From an uncultured Bacteroidaceae bacterium (GTDB lineage: Bacteria; Bacteroidota; Bacteroidia; Bacteroidales; Bacteroidaceae): DNA of 64,000 nucleotides. Below, piece by piece: positions 27,481 through 36,041 of this stretch. The stretch covers positions 3,459-67,458 of the forward strand of contig CAYWIE010000004.1 of the NCBI GenBank assembly GCA_964458275.1, given 5' to 3'. Below the pieces are notes generated by a model. That model was not told the DNA's origin. It was given only the letters and a program-made list of their open reading frames with translations, and did not search any database. A program made the position numbers and the translations under genes. The number at the start of each line of letters is the position of its first letter. The first letter of the stretch is position 1.

Positions 27481-29498
27481 TAATTCTTCTTTCCGTTGAG
27501 CAGCTCCTGCAGTTTTAACATCTCGTCGCGATATTGCGCAGCTTCTATGAACTCCATCTTGTCTGCTGCCTCTTTCATCAGACGGCGTGTACGTTCGATG
27601 CTCTTTTCGAGCTGTTCGCGGCTCATGTATTCAACTATGGGGTCTGCAGCCTCTCTTGTGTTGACGCTCTCTTCGCTATAAACTTTGCGGAGAGAATCCT
27701 TGCTTGCGCTTGAGAGTATGTTGCCTATGCTTTTCTTTATCTGTTTTGGCGTTATGCCGTTTGCTTCGTTATATGCTATCTGCTTTTCGCGTCGGCGGTT
27801 GGTCTCGTCTATGGTTCTTTTCATGCTCGATGTTATGGTGTCGGCATAGAAAATTACTTTTCCGTTGACATTGCGTGCAGCACGGCCTGCGGTCTGTGTG
27901 AGCGAACGGTGGCTGCGCAGGAATCCCTCCTTGTCGGCATCAAGTATGGCAACGAGCGACACTTCGGGCAGGTCGAGCCCTTCGCGCAGCAGGTTTACTC
28001 CTATAAGTACATCATAAAGCCCCTCGCGCAGGTCGGTCATAATCTGCACACGCTCAAGCGTGTCTACGTCGCTGTGTATGTAGTTGCACCTTACGCCGTT
28101 CTTTTGCAGGTAGGTTGTCAGCTCCTCTGCCATGCGTTTTGTGAGAGTGGTAACAAGCACACGCTTTTCGTTGCGAGTCCTTATCTCTATCTCTTCCATG
28201 AGGTCGTCTACCTGATTCATCGAAGGGCGTACTTCGATTATGGGGTCCAGCAGCCCGGTGGGGCGTATCAGCTGTTCCACTATCACGCCGCCGCTCTCTT
28301 GAAGCTCGTAGTCGTCGGGCGTCGCGCTGACATATATGACCTGGTTGGTCATCTCTTGAAACTCTTCGAACTTCAGCGGACGGTTGTCGAGCGCGGCAGG
28401 CAGTCTGAATCCGAATTCCACCAGATTCAGCTTGCGCGCCCTGTCGCCGCCATACATGGCATGTATCTGGGGTACGCTCACGTGGCTCTCGTCGATAACC
28501 ATGAGAAAGTCTTTGGGGAAGAAGTCCAGCAGGCAGTAGGGGCGTGTCCCCGGCTTCCTGCCATCGAAATAGCGGGAATAGTTCTCGATGCCGGAACAGT
28601 GTCCGAGCTCGCGCATCATCTCCATGTCGTATGTAACACGCTCATGCAGCCTTTTGGCCTCGTATGCCTTTCCTATCTCCTTGAAATATTCAACCCTTTC
28701 GGCAAGGTCTTTCTCTATTTGGGCTATGGCATTCTGGGTGCTCTCTTTTGTGGTCATGAAGAGGTTGGCAGGGTATATCTTGTACTCGTCGAAGTCGGTT
28801 ATGCGTCTGCCTGTCTCTGCATCAATCTCCTCTATGCAGTCAATCTCGTCGTCCCAGAATATGATGCGCAAAACATGGTCGCTGTATGCAAGGCTGACAT
28901 CCACTGTGTCGCCTTTCACTCTGAAGTTTCCGCGGTTAAGTTCAATGTCGTTGCGCTGATAAAGGCTGTTGACCAGCCAACGCAGAAGTACATTCCTGTC
29001 GAGCCGCATCCCGCGCTTTATCTCTATGACATTCTTGTAGAAATCCGATGGATTTCCCATGCCGTAGATGCACGATACAGAGGATATGACCACAACATCT
29101 TTTCGTCCCGAAAGCAGTGCCGATGTAGCCGACAGGCGCAGCTTGTCTATCTCGTCGTTGATTGCAAGGTCCTTCTCTATGTATGTGTCGGTCGATGGAA
29201 TATATGCCTCAGGCTGGTAGTAGTCGTAATAAGAGACGTAGTACTCTATCGCATTGTTCGGGAAAAAGCCCTTGAATTCGCTGTATAGCTGGGCGGCAAG
29301 AGTCTTGTTGTGGCTGAGGATGAGCGTCGGGCGATTAATCTCCTTGATGACGTTTGCTATAGTAAACGTTTTGCCCGAACCGGTAACGCCTAACAGTGTC
29401 TGTGCCGGCATCCCGCTTCTTATTCCGTCGATCAGCTGTGCAATAGCCTCAGGCTGGTCGCCGGTAGGACGATAATCAGATATAAGTTCGAAATTCAT
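27480..29498 (-). CDS. uvrB: excinuclease ABC subunit B
   Basis: Start at MNFELISDYRPTGDQPEAIAQL (ATG 29496-29498). Walker A GVTGSGKT, helicase motifs and the C-terminal UVR domain (EFIEAAQYRDEMLKL) are present. Confidence 0.95.
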   Translation of the reverse strand: MNFELISDYRPTGDQPEAIAQLIDGIRSGMPAQTLLGVTGSGKTFTIANVIKEINRPTLILSHNKTLAAQLYSEFKGFFPNNAIEYYVSYYDYYQPEAYIPSTDTYIEKDLAINDEIDKLRLSATSALLSGRKDVVVISSVSCIYGMGNPSDFYKNVIEIKRGMRLDRNVLLRWLVNSLYQRNDIELNRGNFRVKGDTVDVSLAYSDHVLRIIFWDDEIDCIEEIDAETGRRITDFDEYKIYPANLFMTTKESTQNAIAQIEKDLAERVEYFKEIGKAYEAKRLHERVTYDMEMMRELGHCSGIENYSRYFDGRKPGTRPYCLLDFFPKDFLMVIDESHVSVPQIHAMYGGDRARKLNLVEFGFRLPAALDNRPLKFEEFQEMTNQVIYVSATPDDYELQESGGVIVEQLIRPTGLLDPIIEVRPSMNQVDDLMEEIEIRTRNEKRVLVTTLTKRMAEELTTYLQKNGVRCNYIHSDVDTLERVQIMTDLREGLYDVLIGVNLLREGLDLPEVSLVAILDADKEGFLRSHRSLTQTAGRAARNVNGKVIFYADTITSSMKRTIDETNRRREKQIAYNEANGITPKQIKKSIGNILSSASKDSLRKVYSEESVNTREAADPIVEYMSREQLEKSIERTRRLMKEAADKMEFIEAAQYRDEMLKLQELLNGKKN

Positions 29499-29706
29499 CT
29501 CATTCCATGTTCCGTATTGACGTGCGAAGATAATAATTTTACTTCTTACAAGAAAACTATTCGAATGTAACAATCCTAAAAAGCGAAAACCTTGCTGTTG
29601 TTTTGCTCGCAGAGTGTTATTTCTCTTTAAAAACAATTATAAATAATATTCCAACCGTTGCATTTTCATCGCAAAACAGCTATCTTTGCAGACGAATTTT
29701 TCAAAT

Positions 29707-30516
29707 ATGAAGAAAAGTCTCTATACTCTTTTAATCGGTCTGTTGCTGCTTACATCCTGCTCGCAATACAATAAATTGCAGAAAACCAGTGATGTAGAGT
29801 GTCGCTATGAGGCAGCAAAGGAATATTTTGTAAGCAGGAAGTTCGGTCATGCCGCATCTCTGCTTGAGGACCTCATAACCATATTCAAGGGCCACAGAAA
29901 CGGTGAGGAGTCGCTCTTTATGCTGGCAATGTGCTACTACGAATCGGGTGATTATGAGACAGCTTCGCAATATTTCAAGACATACTACACAACCTATCAG
30001 CGTGGTGTGTATACCGAAGATGCCCGTTTCCATTGCGGCAAATCCCTTTTCAAGAATATCCCCGTGCCTGAACTCGACCAGTCGAGTACGCATCTTGCCA
30101 TTCAGGAGCTCCAGCTGTTTATGGAGTATTACCCTGCGAGCAGATACAGCGGCGAAGCTCAGGAGATGCTGTTTGCAATGCACGACCTTCTGGTGGAAAA
30201 GGACTATCTTTCGGCAAAGCTGTACTACGACCTCGGCAGTTTCGACCTGATGCGCAACAACTATCAGGCGTGTATAGTTACAGCTCAGAATGCCTTGAAG
30301 GACTATCCCTATACAAAACTGCGCGAAGAACTTTCAATACTTATTCTGCGGGCAAAGTACAAGATGGCATACAAGAGTGTAGAGGAGAAGAAGGTAGACC
30401 GCTATCGCGATACGGTAGACGAATATTATGCTTTCAAGAATGAATTTCCCGAAAGCAAATATCTTGAAGAGGCAGAAGAGTACTATCGCAAAGCACTGGA
30501 AATAGTAAACGAATAA
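29707..30516 (+). CDS. bamD: outer membrane protein assembly factor BamD (TPR lipoprotein)
   Basis: MKKSLYTLLIGLLLLTSC lipobox and TPR-like repeats. It sits in the conserved Bacteroidetes order bamD-rpoZ-DUF4293. Confidence 0.8.
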   Translation: MKKSLYTLLIGLLLLTSCSQYNKLQKTSDVECRYEAAKEYFVSRKFGHAASLLEDLITIFKGHRNGEESLFMLAMCYYESGDYETASQYFKTYYTTYQRGVYTEDARFHCGKSLFKNIPVPELDQSSTHLAIQELQLFMEYYPASRYSGEAQEMLFAMHDLLVEKDYLSAKLYYDLGSFDLMRNNYQACIVTAQNALKDYPYTKLREELSILILRAKYKMAYKSVEEKKVDRYRDTVDEYYAFKNEFPESKYLEEAEEYYRKALEIVNE

Positions 30517-30529
30517 AAAAGATATAATA

Positions 30530-30868
30530 ATGGACTACAAGAAGACAAACGCCCCCACCACAACAATGACTCGTAACATGGCTGATTTCGTTACAGAGAC
30601 AGGCAATGTGTATGAATCCATAGCCATAATTGGCAAACGCTCCAACCAGATTGCAGGCGAGCTCAAGGAGGAGTTGTTGAAAAAACTCAACGAGTTCTCT
30701 TCAAGAACAGATAACCTCGAAGAGCAGTCAGAGAATAAGGAGCAGGTGGAAATTTCGCGTTTCTATGAGCGTCTGCCGAAGCCTACGCTGATAGCAACAC
30801 AGGAATTCCTCGAAGATAAAATCTATTTCCGCGATCTCTCTAAGGAGAAGAGCGAGGCTGAGGATTGA
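30530..30868 (+). CDS. rpoZ: DNA-directed RNA polymerase subunit omega
   Basis: 112-aa ORF. NVYESIAIIGKRSNQIAGELKEEL resembles the omega/Rpb6 core. Its position after bamD is conserved. Confidence 0.7.
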   Translation: MDYKKTNAPTTTMTRNMADFVTETGNVYESIAIIGKRSNQIAGELKEELLKKLNEFSSRTDNLEEQSENKEQVEISRFYERLPKPTLIATQEFLEDKIYFRDLSKEKSEAED

Positions 30869-30893
30869 TTGTAAACGCAATAAAGCAAAAAGC

Positions 30894-31358
30894 ATGAAAT
30901 TCCGCACCTACCAGATTTTTTACCTGCTTTCGGCAGTGCTTGCGGTTGCAGCCTTGTGTTCTACAATGTTGCAGATTATAGAGCCGAGCGGAGCAACGAA
31001 TGAATTGACAAACTTCTGCTACAAGGCGGCTGACGGCAATGTGTCAAATTCGCCGGTAGCGTTAGGGGTTGTTCTTATTGTAACAGCATTGGTCAATCTG
31101 TTCGGATTTGTTGTATCGGGCTTTCAGAACTTTGAATTGCAGAAAAGAGTCTCCATACTCGGTATTCTCCTCTGTGTGGGCTATTACCTGCTTTTGGGAA
31201 TATACGCATGGATTCTTGCAGAGGATTCATTTATACTCTCTTTGCAGCTGTTGTTCCCGTTGTTCATGCTCATATTCAATGCACTCGCTTTTTTTGCATC
31301 GCGTCGCACAGAGGCGGCAATCCTTGCAAGAGCATCAGGCTTCAGACTGAGAGATTAA
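30894..31358 (+). CDS. small integral membrane protein (DUF4293-like)
   Basis: 154-aa ORF with four predicted hydrophobic helices, in the conserved position after rpoZ. Confidence 0.6.
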   Translation: MKFRTYQIFYLLSAVLAVAALCSTMLQIIEPSGATNELTNFCYKAADGNVSNSPVALGVVLIVTALVNLFGFVVSGFQNFELQKRVSILGILLCVGYYLLLGIYAWILAEDSFILSLQLLFPLFMLIFNALAFFASRRTEAAILARASGFRLRD

Positions 31359-31474
31359 GGCGAGATTGCGAAAAGATATTTTTTAGAACTGTTATAAGAG
31401 AGGGTGCTTCTGAATGGTGCATCCTCTCTTTCTTGAATATTGTCGTTGGCTTGTTGTGTCGGGGAATATAAAAA

Positions 31475-31506
31475 AGTCGGAGAAAGTCTTTCGACTTTCT
31501 CCGACT
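31475..31506 (-). terminator. intrinsic terminator downstream of tRNA-Leu
   Basis: Perfect 14-bp arms, AGTCGGAGAAAGTC / GACTTTCTCCGACT. On the minus strand the hairpin is followed by TTTTTTA. Confidence 0.8.
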
Positions 31507-31509
31507 CTG

Positions 31510-31591
31510 TACCCAGACCCGGGATCGAACCGGGATGGGTTGCCCCACTGGTGTTTGAGACCAGCGCGTCTACCGATTCCGCCATCTGGGC
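31510..31591 (-). tRNA. tRNA-Leu (anticodon CAA)
   Basis: The reverse strand reads GCCCAGATGGCGGAATCGGTAGACGCGCTGGTCTCAAACACCAGTGGGGCAACCCATCCCGGTTCGATCCCGGGTCTGGGTA. It is 82 nt, with anticodon stem CTGGT/ACCAG, loop CTCAAAC, a long variable arm and a GGTTCGATCC T-arm. CCA is not encoded. Confidence 0.9.
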
Positions 31592-31703
31592 ATTTTTCTC
31601 TCAAATGCGATGCAAAGGTATAGCAATTTTCTGTAACAGCAAAATATTTCGAGGTTTTTTTGAAAAAAGTTTTTAATTGTTTGCCTATGTCGTTGAAAAG
31701 AAG

Positions 31704-31711
31704 TACTTTTG
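31704..31711 (+). promoter_or_regulatory. candidate -7 box TACTTTTG, with TTTG about 20 nt upstream, for the rplM operon
   Basis: Matches TAnnTTTG. A -33-like TTTG lies at 31680-31683. Confidence 0.5.
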
Positions 31712-31906
31712 CAGGCCGATTATTATCGACCTGATAAAGATTCGGGTCAAAATTAACGCTTCAGGTCTCCGAGTGGTTAGTTAGGGTGACTTAGCCAATC
31801 GCTTGATAATCACGCGAGGAGGGTTTCTTGAGAGCTCAAATTCCGTTAAGGGCGTTCAGGAGAAGGGTTAAAAAATAGAATATTAACTAATAAAACTATT
31901 TTTAAA
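31712..31906 (+). promoter_or_regulatory. long 5' leader of rplM-rpsI (possible ribosomal-protein autoregulatory leader)
   Basis: About 190 nt lie between the candidate promoter and the GTG start of rplM. The leader contains the hairpin CAGGCCGAT-TATT-ATCGACCTG and repeated GYTTCAGG segments. I derived no structure model. Confidence 0.3.
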
Positions 31907-32368
31907 GTGGATACTTTAAGCTACAAAACAGTTTCTGCAAACAAAGCAACCGTAAAGAAAGAGTGGGTTGTTGTTGATGCTACAGACCAGGTTATTGGTC
32001 GTCTTGGCGCAAAAGTTGCCAAAATTTTGAGAGGTAAATATAAACCCGATTTTACTCCCAATGTAGATTGCGGCGATAATGTTATCATCATTAATGCAAG
32101 CAAGGCAATCCTTACAGGCAATAAGTGGGCAAATCGTGAGTATCTCACATTCTCAGGTTATCCCGGTGGACAGAAGTCTTTCACACCCGGTGATGTGGTA
32201 AAAGGTTATAAAGGTTACGAGCGTCTTTTCAAGCACGTTGTGAAAGGTATGCTTCCCAAGTCTCGTCTTGGCGTACACATCCTCAACAACCTTTATGTAT
32301 ACGAAGGCCCTGAGCACAAGCACGAGGCACAGCAGCCTAAAACAATTGATATTAATTCTTATAAATAA
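31907..32368 (+). CDS. rplM: 50S ribosomal protein L13
   Basis: 153-aa ORF with a GTG start. KKEWVVVDATDQVIGRLGAKVAKILRGK is the L13 signature. Confidence 0.95.
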   Translation: MDTLSYKTVSANKATVKKEWVVVDATDQVIGRLGAKVAKILRGKYKPDFTPNVDCGDNVIIINASKAILTGNKWANREYLTFSGYPGGQKSFTPGDVVKGYKGYERLFKHVVKGMLPKSRLGVHILNNLYVYEGPEHKHEAQQPKTIDINSYK

Positions 32369-32375
32369 TTAGCAG

Positions 32376-32762
32376 ATGGAAATGGTAAACGCATTAGGCA
32401 GACGCAAGAGCGCAGTTGCCCGTATTTTCGTTAAAGAGGGTACAGGTAAAATTACTATTAACAAAAAGGATCTGCAGGTATATTTCCCTTCAAGCATTCT
32501 TCAGTTCATTGTCAAACAACCTTTGGCAAAAGTTGACGCTGTAGAGAAGTATGACATCAAAGTAAATTTGGACGGCGGAGGTTTTACCGGTCAGTCTCAG
32601 GCTTTGCGTCTCGCAATTGCCCGTGCATTGGTGAAAATCAATCCTGAGGACAAAAAAGCTTTGCGTTCAGAGGGATTCCTTACCCGTGACGCCCGTGAGG
32701 TTGAGCGTAAGAAGCCCGGACGTCCCAAAGCACGTCGCAGATTCCAGTTCAGTAAACGTTAA
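32376..32762 (+). CDS. rpsI: 30S ribosomal protein S9
   Basis: 128-aa ORF with GRRKSAVARIF and the C-terminal GRPKARRRFQFSKR. Confidence 0.95.
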   Translation: MEMVNALGRRKSAVARIFVKEGTGKITINKKDLQVYFPSSILQFIVKQPLAKVDAVEKYDIKVNLDGGGFTGQSQALRLAIARALVKINPEDKKALRSEGFLTRDAREVERKKPGRPKARRRFQFSKR

Positions 32763-32893
32763 TATTCGGCCCGAAGATATACGTTTAGTATCTAAACCAC
32801 TTGGGACTCTCCTCTTATTATATATGTGCGGGACTACCCAAGAGGTTGATTAAATTTAATTAAAAAGAAAGTAAACGATTAAAATTAAAAAAA

Positions 32894-33727
32894 ATGTCAA
32901 GAGTATCATTTGAATCACTTTTGGAGGCCGGTGCACATTTCGGTCACTTGAAACGTAAATGGAATCCCGCAATGGCTCCCTACATCTTCATGGAGCGTAA
33001 CGGTATCCACATCATAGATCTTCACAAGACTGCAGCAATGGTAGAAACAGCTGCTGAGACTTTGAAGCAGATGGCTAAGAGCGGAAAGAAAGTTCTGTTC
33101 GTGGCTACAAAGAAGCAGCTTAAGGACATTGTTGCTGCTAAGGCACAGTCAGTAGGTATGCCCTACGTTATAGAGCGTTGGCCCGGCGGTATGCTCACAA
33201 ACTTCCCCACAATCCGTAAGGCTGTGAAGAAGATGGCTACAATCGACAGACTTATCGCAGACGGCACATACTCAAACCTCTCTAAGAGAGAAATTCTTCA
33301 GATTACACGTCAGCGTGCAAAATTGGACAAGAACCTCGGTTCTATCGCTGATTTGACACGTCTTCCCGCTGCAATCTTCGTAATCGACGTGTTGAAAGAG
33401 AATATTGCAGTGCATGAGGCTAATCGTCTCGGCATCCCCGTGTTCGGTATCGTTGATACAAACTCAAATCCCAACAACATCGACTACGTAATCCCTGCAA
33501 ATGACGATGCAACAAAATCAGTAGAGCTGATTCTCGATGCTTGTTGCGCAGCTATTGCAGAGGGTCTTGAGGAGCGCAAGGTTGAGAGAATCGACACAGA
33601 GGCTGCTGAGGCTCAGGGCGAAGAGGAGGCAAAGAAAGTTGCCCGCCGTCGCACAAGAGCACGCATCAACAAGGCTGAAAATGCTCCCAAAGCAGACGAG
33701 GCTGCTGAGTCAACAGACGAAGAATAA
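32894..33727 (+). CDS. rpsB: 30S ribosomal protein S2
   Basis: 277-aa ORF with LLEAGAHFGHLKRKWNPAMAPYIF and ERWPGGMLTNF. Confidence 0.95.
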   Translation: MSRVSFESLLEAGAHFGHLKRKWNPAMAPYIFMERNGIHIIDLHKTAAMVETAAETLKQMAKSGKKVLFVATKKQLKDIVAAKAQSVGMPYVIERWPGGMLTNFPTIRKAVKKMATIDRLIADGTYSNLSKREILQITRQRAKLDKNLGSIADLTRLPAAIFVIDVLKENIAVHEANRLGIPVFGIVDTNSNPNNIDYVIPANDDATKSVELILDACCAAIAEGLEERKVERIDTEAAEAQGEEEAKKVARRRTRARINKAENAPKADEAAESTDEE

Positions 33728-33755
33728 TTATTAATCCTTAAAAAACAGAAACACA

Positions 33756-34577
33756 ATGGCTGTTACAATGAATGATATTGCCAAGCTTCGTAAATTGACA
33801 GGAGCTGGCATGATGGATTGCAAAAAAGCATTGGCTGAGGCTGATGGCGATTTCGACAAGGCAATGGAGATTATCCGCAAGAAAGGTCAGTTGGTAGCTG
33901 CAAAACGTAGCGACCGCGAGACTTCTGAGGGTTGTGTACTCGTTAAGGCTGTTGGCGGCTTCGGTGCAATCATCGCTTTGAAGTGCGAGACTGACTTCGT
34001 TGCAAAAAATGAAGAGTTTGTAAAACTTACAAACGACATTCTCGATGCTGCTATTGCTGCAAGATGCAAGACAATTGAAGAGATTCAGGCACTTCCTCTC
34101 GGCGAGGGTACTGTACAGGATGCAATCGTAGCCCGTATCGGTATCACAGGCGAGAAGATGGAACTCGACGGCTACAAGACATTGGAGGGTGAGTTCATCT
34201 ACGTATACAACCACCAGAAGAAGAGTCAGCTTTGTACAATGGTAGCTCTCAACAAGGCAAACGAAGAGGCTGGTCACGAAATGGCTATGCAGATAGCTGC
34301 TTCTGCTCCCCTTGCGCTTACAAGCGAGGAACTCGATCCCGCTGTTGTTGAGAAAGAGCGTGCTGTAGCTGAGGATAAGGCTCGCGAAGAGGGTAAACCT
34401 GAAAACATGATTGCTCGCATCGCTGACGGTCGCATCCAGAAGTTCTACAAGGAGGTATGTCTTCTTCAGCAGGGTTATATCCAGAACGAGAAGATTTCAG
34501 TTGCAGATTACTTGAAAGGTTTCGACAAGGAACTCACAGCAACCGGCTTCCAGCGCTTCACATTGCGTGCTGAATAA
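33756..34577 (+). CDS. tsf: translation elongation factor Ts
   Basis: 273-aa ORF. IAKLRKLTGAGMMDCKKALAEADGDFDKAMEIIRKKG is the EF-Ts UBA-like N-terminus. Confidence 0.95.
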   Translation: MAVTMNDIAKLRKLTGAGMMDCKKALAEADGDFDKAMEIIRKKGQLVAAKRSDRETSEGCVLVKAVGGFGAIIALKCETDFVAKNEEFVKLTNDILDAAIAARCKTIEEIQALPLGEGTVQDAIVARIGITGEKMELDGYKTLEGEFIYVYNHQKKSQLCTMVALNKANEEAGHEMAMQIAASAPLALTSEELDPAVVEKERAVAEDKAREEGKPENMIARIADGRIQKFYKEVCLLQQGYIQNEKISVADYLKGFDKELTATGFQRFTLRAE

Positions 34578-34595
34578 TTTTCACACAATATTAAA

Positions 34596-34631
34596 GCAAA
34601 AAAGACTGTGCAAATGCACAGTCTTTTTTGC
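34596..34631. terminator. bidirectional terminator (tsf / convergent manC-like gene)
   Basis: GCAAAAAAGACTGTGCA pairs with TGCACAGTCTTTTTTGC. The arms are flanked by an A-run and a T-run. Confidence 0.85.
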
Positions 34632-34693
34632 TTTATTTGATTTGAACTCTTTTGGGATTTATTTGAGAATTGTTCTGAGCAGATTCTCTTGGC

Positions 34694-35770
34694 CTATTGT
34701 CTGTTCTTGCTCTCTTTTGTCAGCTCTTTTATTCTCTCCTCCTCGTTAAGTCTGCATACAAGCAGATTGCCGTCTTTCTCGGAAACAACACAGTCGTTAA
34801 GACCTATAAGGACTACTTTCTTGCAATTTTCGGTGTGTACAATGCAGTTGTGTGAATCGTGAATGGAGATGTCTTCGCCAATCAGGACATTGCCGTTCAG
34901 GTCCTGGCTCATGTGGGAGTGCAGTGATGTCCATGTGCCAAGGTCGCTCCAGCCGAAATCTGCGGGAAATACAAAAACTTCATCTGCGTGTTCCAATATG
35001 GCGTAGTCAACTGAGATGTTTCGGCAATACGGGAACTTTTCTGCGAGAACCGCAGTCTCTTCCTCTGTGCCGTAGTAGGGAAGCATAGATTCGAAGATCT
35101 GTGCTATCTGTGGCTGGTAAATGCGGAAAGCATTGACCACCGTCTGTACGTTCCATATGAAAACTCCCGAATTCCAATAGAAGTTTTTCTTGCTGATGTA
35201 GGTGGTGGCAGTGTCAATGTCGGGTTTTTCCTTGAATGAGTCCACGCGGAAAATCTCTTTGTTAGATAGCGAGGCATTGCCGAGTGCTGCCTCTATGTAT
35301 CCGAATCCTGTTTCCGGTCGTGTGGGCTTGATGCCTATGGTCAGTATTGCGTCCGAGTCGGCAACGAAACGTAGCGACGAATTGATTACTCTCTGGAATT
35401 CGGCGACATCTGTTATGAGGTGGTCGCTGGGAGAAACAACCATGTTGGCATGAGGGTCTATCTTCTTGATTCGCCATGCAGCATATGCAATGCAGGCGGC
35501 AGTGTTGCGACGGCAAGGCTCCTTAAGTATGTTGGAATCGTTGATTTGCGGCAACTGTTCGTGTACAAGTGATGCATACTCTTCGGAAGTTACAATCCAG
35601 ATGTTTTCGGCGGGGCAAATGTCCTTGAAATGTTCTACAGTCAATTGCAGCAGTGATTTCCCGCATCCGAGCACATCAATGAATTGTTTAGGCTTTTCGC
35701 GTGTACTGACCGGCCAGAATCTGTTGCCGACTCCGCCAGCCATTATTATCAGATGATTCGATTTGTTCAT
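34694..35770 (-). CDS. mannose-1-phosphate guanylyltransferase-like nucleotidyltransferase
   Basis: 358-aa ORF. LIIMAGGVGNRFWPVSTREKPKQF is the ManC/CpsB-type N-terminus. There is no C-terminal cupin/PMI domain. Confidence 0.8.
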   Translation of the reverse strand: MNKSNHLIIMAGGVGNRFWPVSTREKPKQFIDVLGCGKSLLQLTVEHFKDICPAENIWIVTSEEYASLVHEQLPQINDSNILKEPCRRNTAACIAYAAWRIKKIDPHANMVVSPSDHLITDVAEFQRVINSSLRFVADSDAILTIGIKPTRPETGFGYIEAALGNASLSNKEIFRVDSFKEKPDIDTATTYISKKNFYWNSGVFIWNVQTVVNAFRIYQPQIAQIFESMLPYYGTEEETAVLAEKFPYCRNISVDYAILEHADEVFVFPADFGWSDLGTWTSLHSHMSQDLNGNVLIGEDISIHDSHNCIVHTENCKKVVLIGLNDCVVSEKDGNLLVCRLNEEERIKELTKESKNRQ

Positions 35771-35780
35771 GTGTTGTTAG

Positions 35781-35806
35781 TATATTTGCTATTTATCGCA
35801 AATATA
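35781..35806. promoter_or_regulatory. back-to-back -7 boxes forming a 9-bp inverted repeat
   Basis: TATATTTGC (35781-35789) and GCAAATATA (35798-35806), so TATATTTG reads on both strands. The minus copy lies about 28 nt upstream of the manC-like ATG. Confidence 0.45.
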
Positions 35807-36011
35807 GCAACAAACGAGCAAAAGTTGTGCAAACAAATGGGTGAAAATTTATTTTCACACGCAATGAGTGCAGCTAAACTTCGCTAAAGGCAAAAATATC
35901 AAGCTCGCTTGAATATTTTTTACAGTGAGTGCAGTCTATATTGGATTTGTTCAAATAAAAGCATCAGACAAAAACAGGATAGCCTGATTTTTTTATCCGA
36001 ACTATAAGTGT

Positions 36012-36019
36012 TATCTTTG
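36012..36019 (+). promoter_or_regulatory. candidate -7 box TATCTTTG for rmuC
   Basis: Matches TAnnTTTG, 23 nt upstream of the ATG at 36042. Confidence 0.5.
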
Positions 36020-36041
36020 AGGGTTGCAATGAAAGTGCGTA

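Noticed and set aside
31342-31676. Several 68-78-aa ORFs overlapping the tRNA-Leu locus, and the idea of a tRNA-associated genomic island.
   Set aside because: The ORFs overlap the tRNA and its terminator on both strands. No integrase, direct repeat of the tRNA 3' end or foreign-looking genes flank the tRNA. The neighbours are conserved housekeeping genes.
32763-32893. 131-nt rpsI-rpsB spacer as a possible S2 autoregulatory leader (CTTGGGACT ... ACTACCCAAGAGG pairing).
   Set aside because: Only a short, imperfect pairing is visible, and I cannot match it to the known rpsB leader architecture. It is not strong enough to report as a feature.
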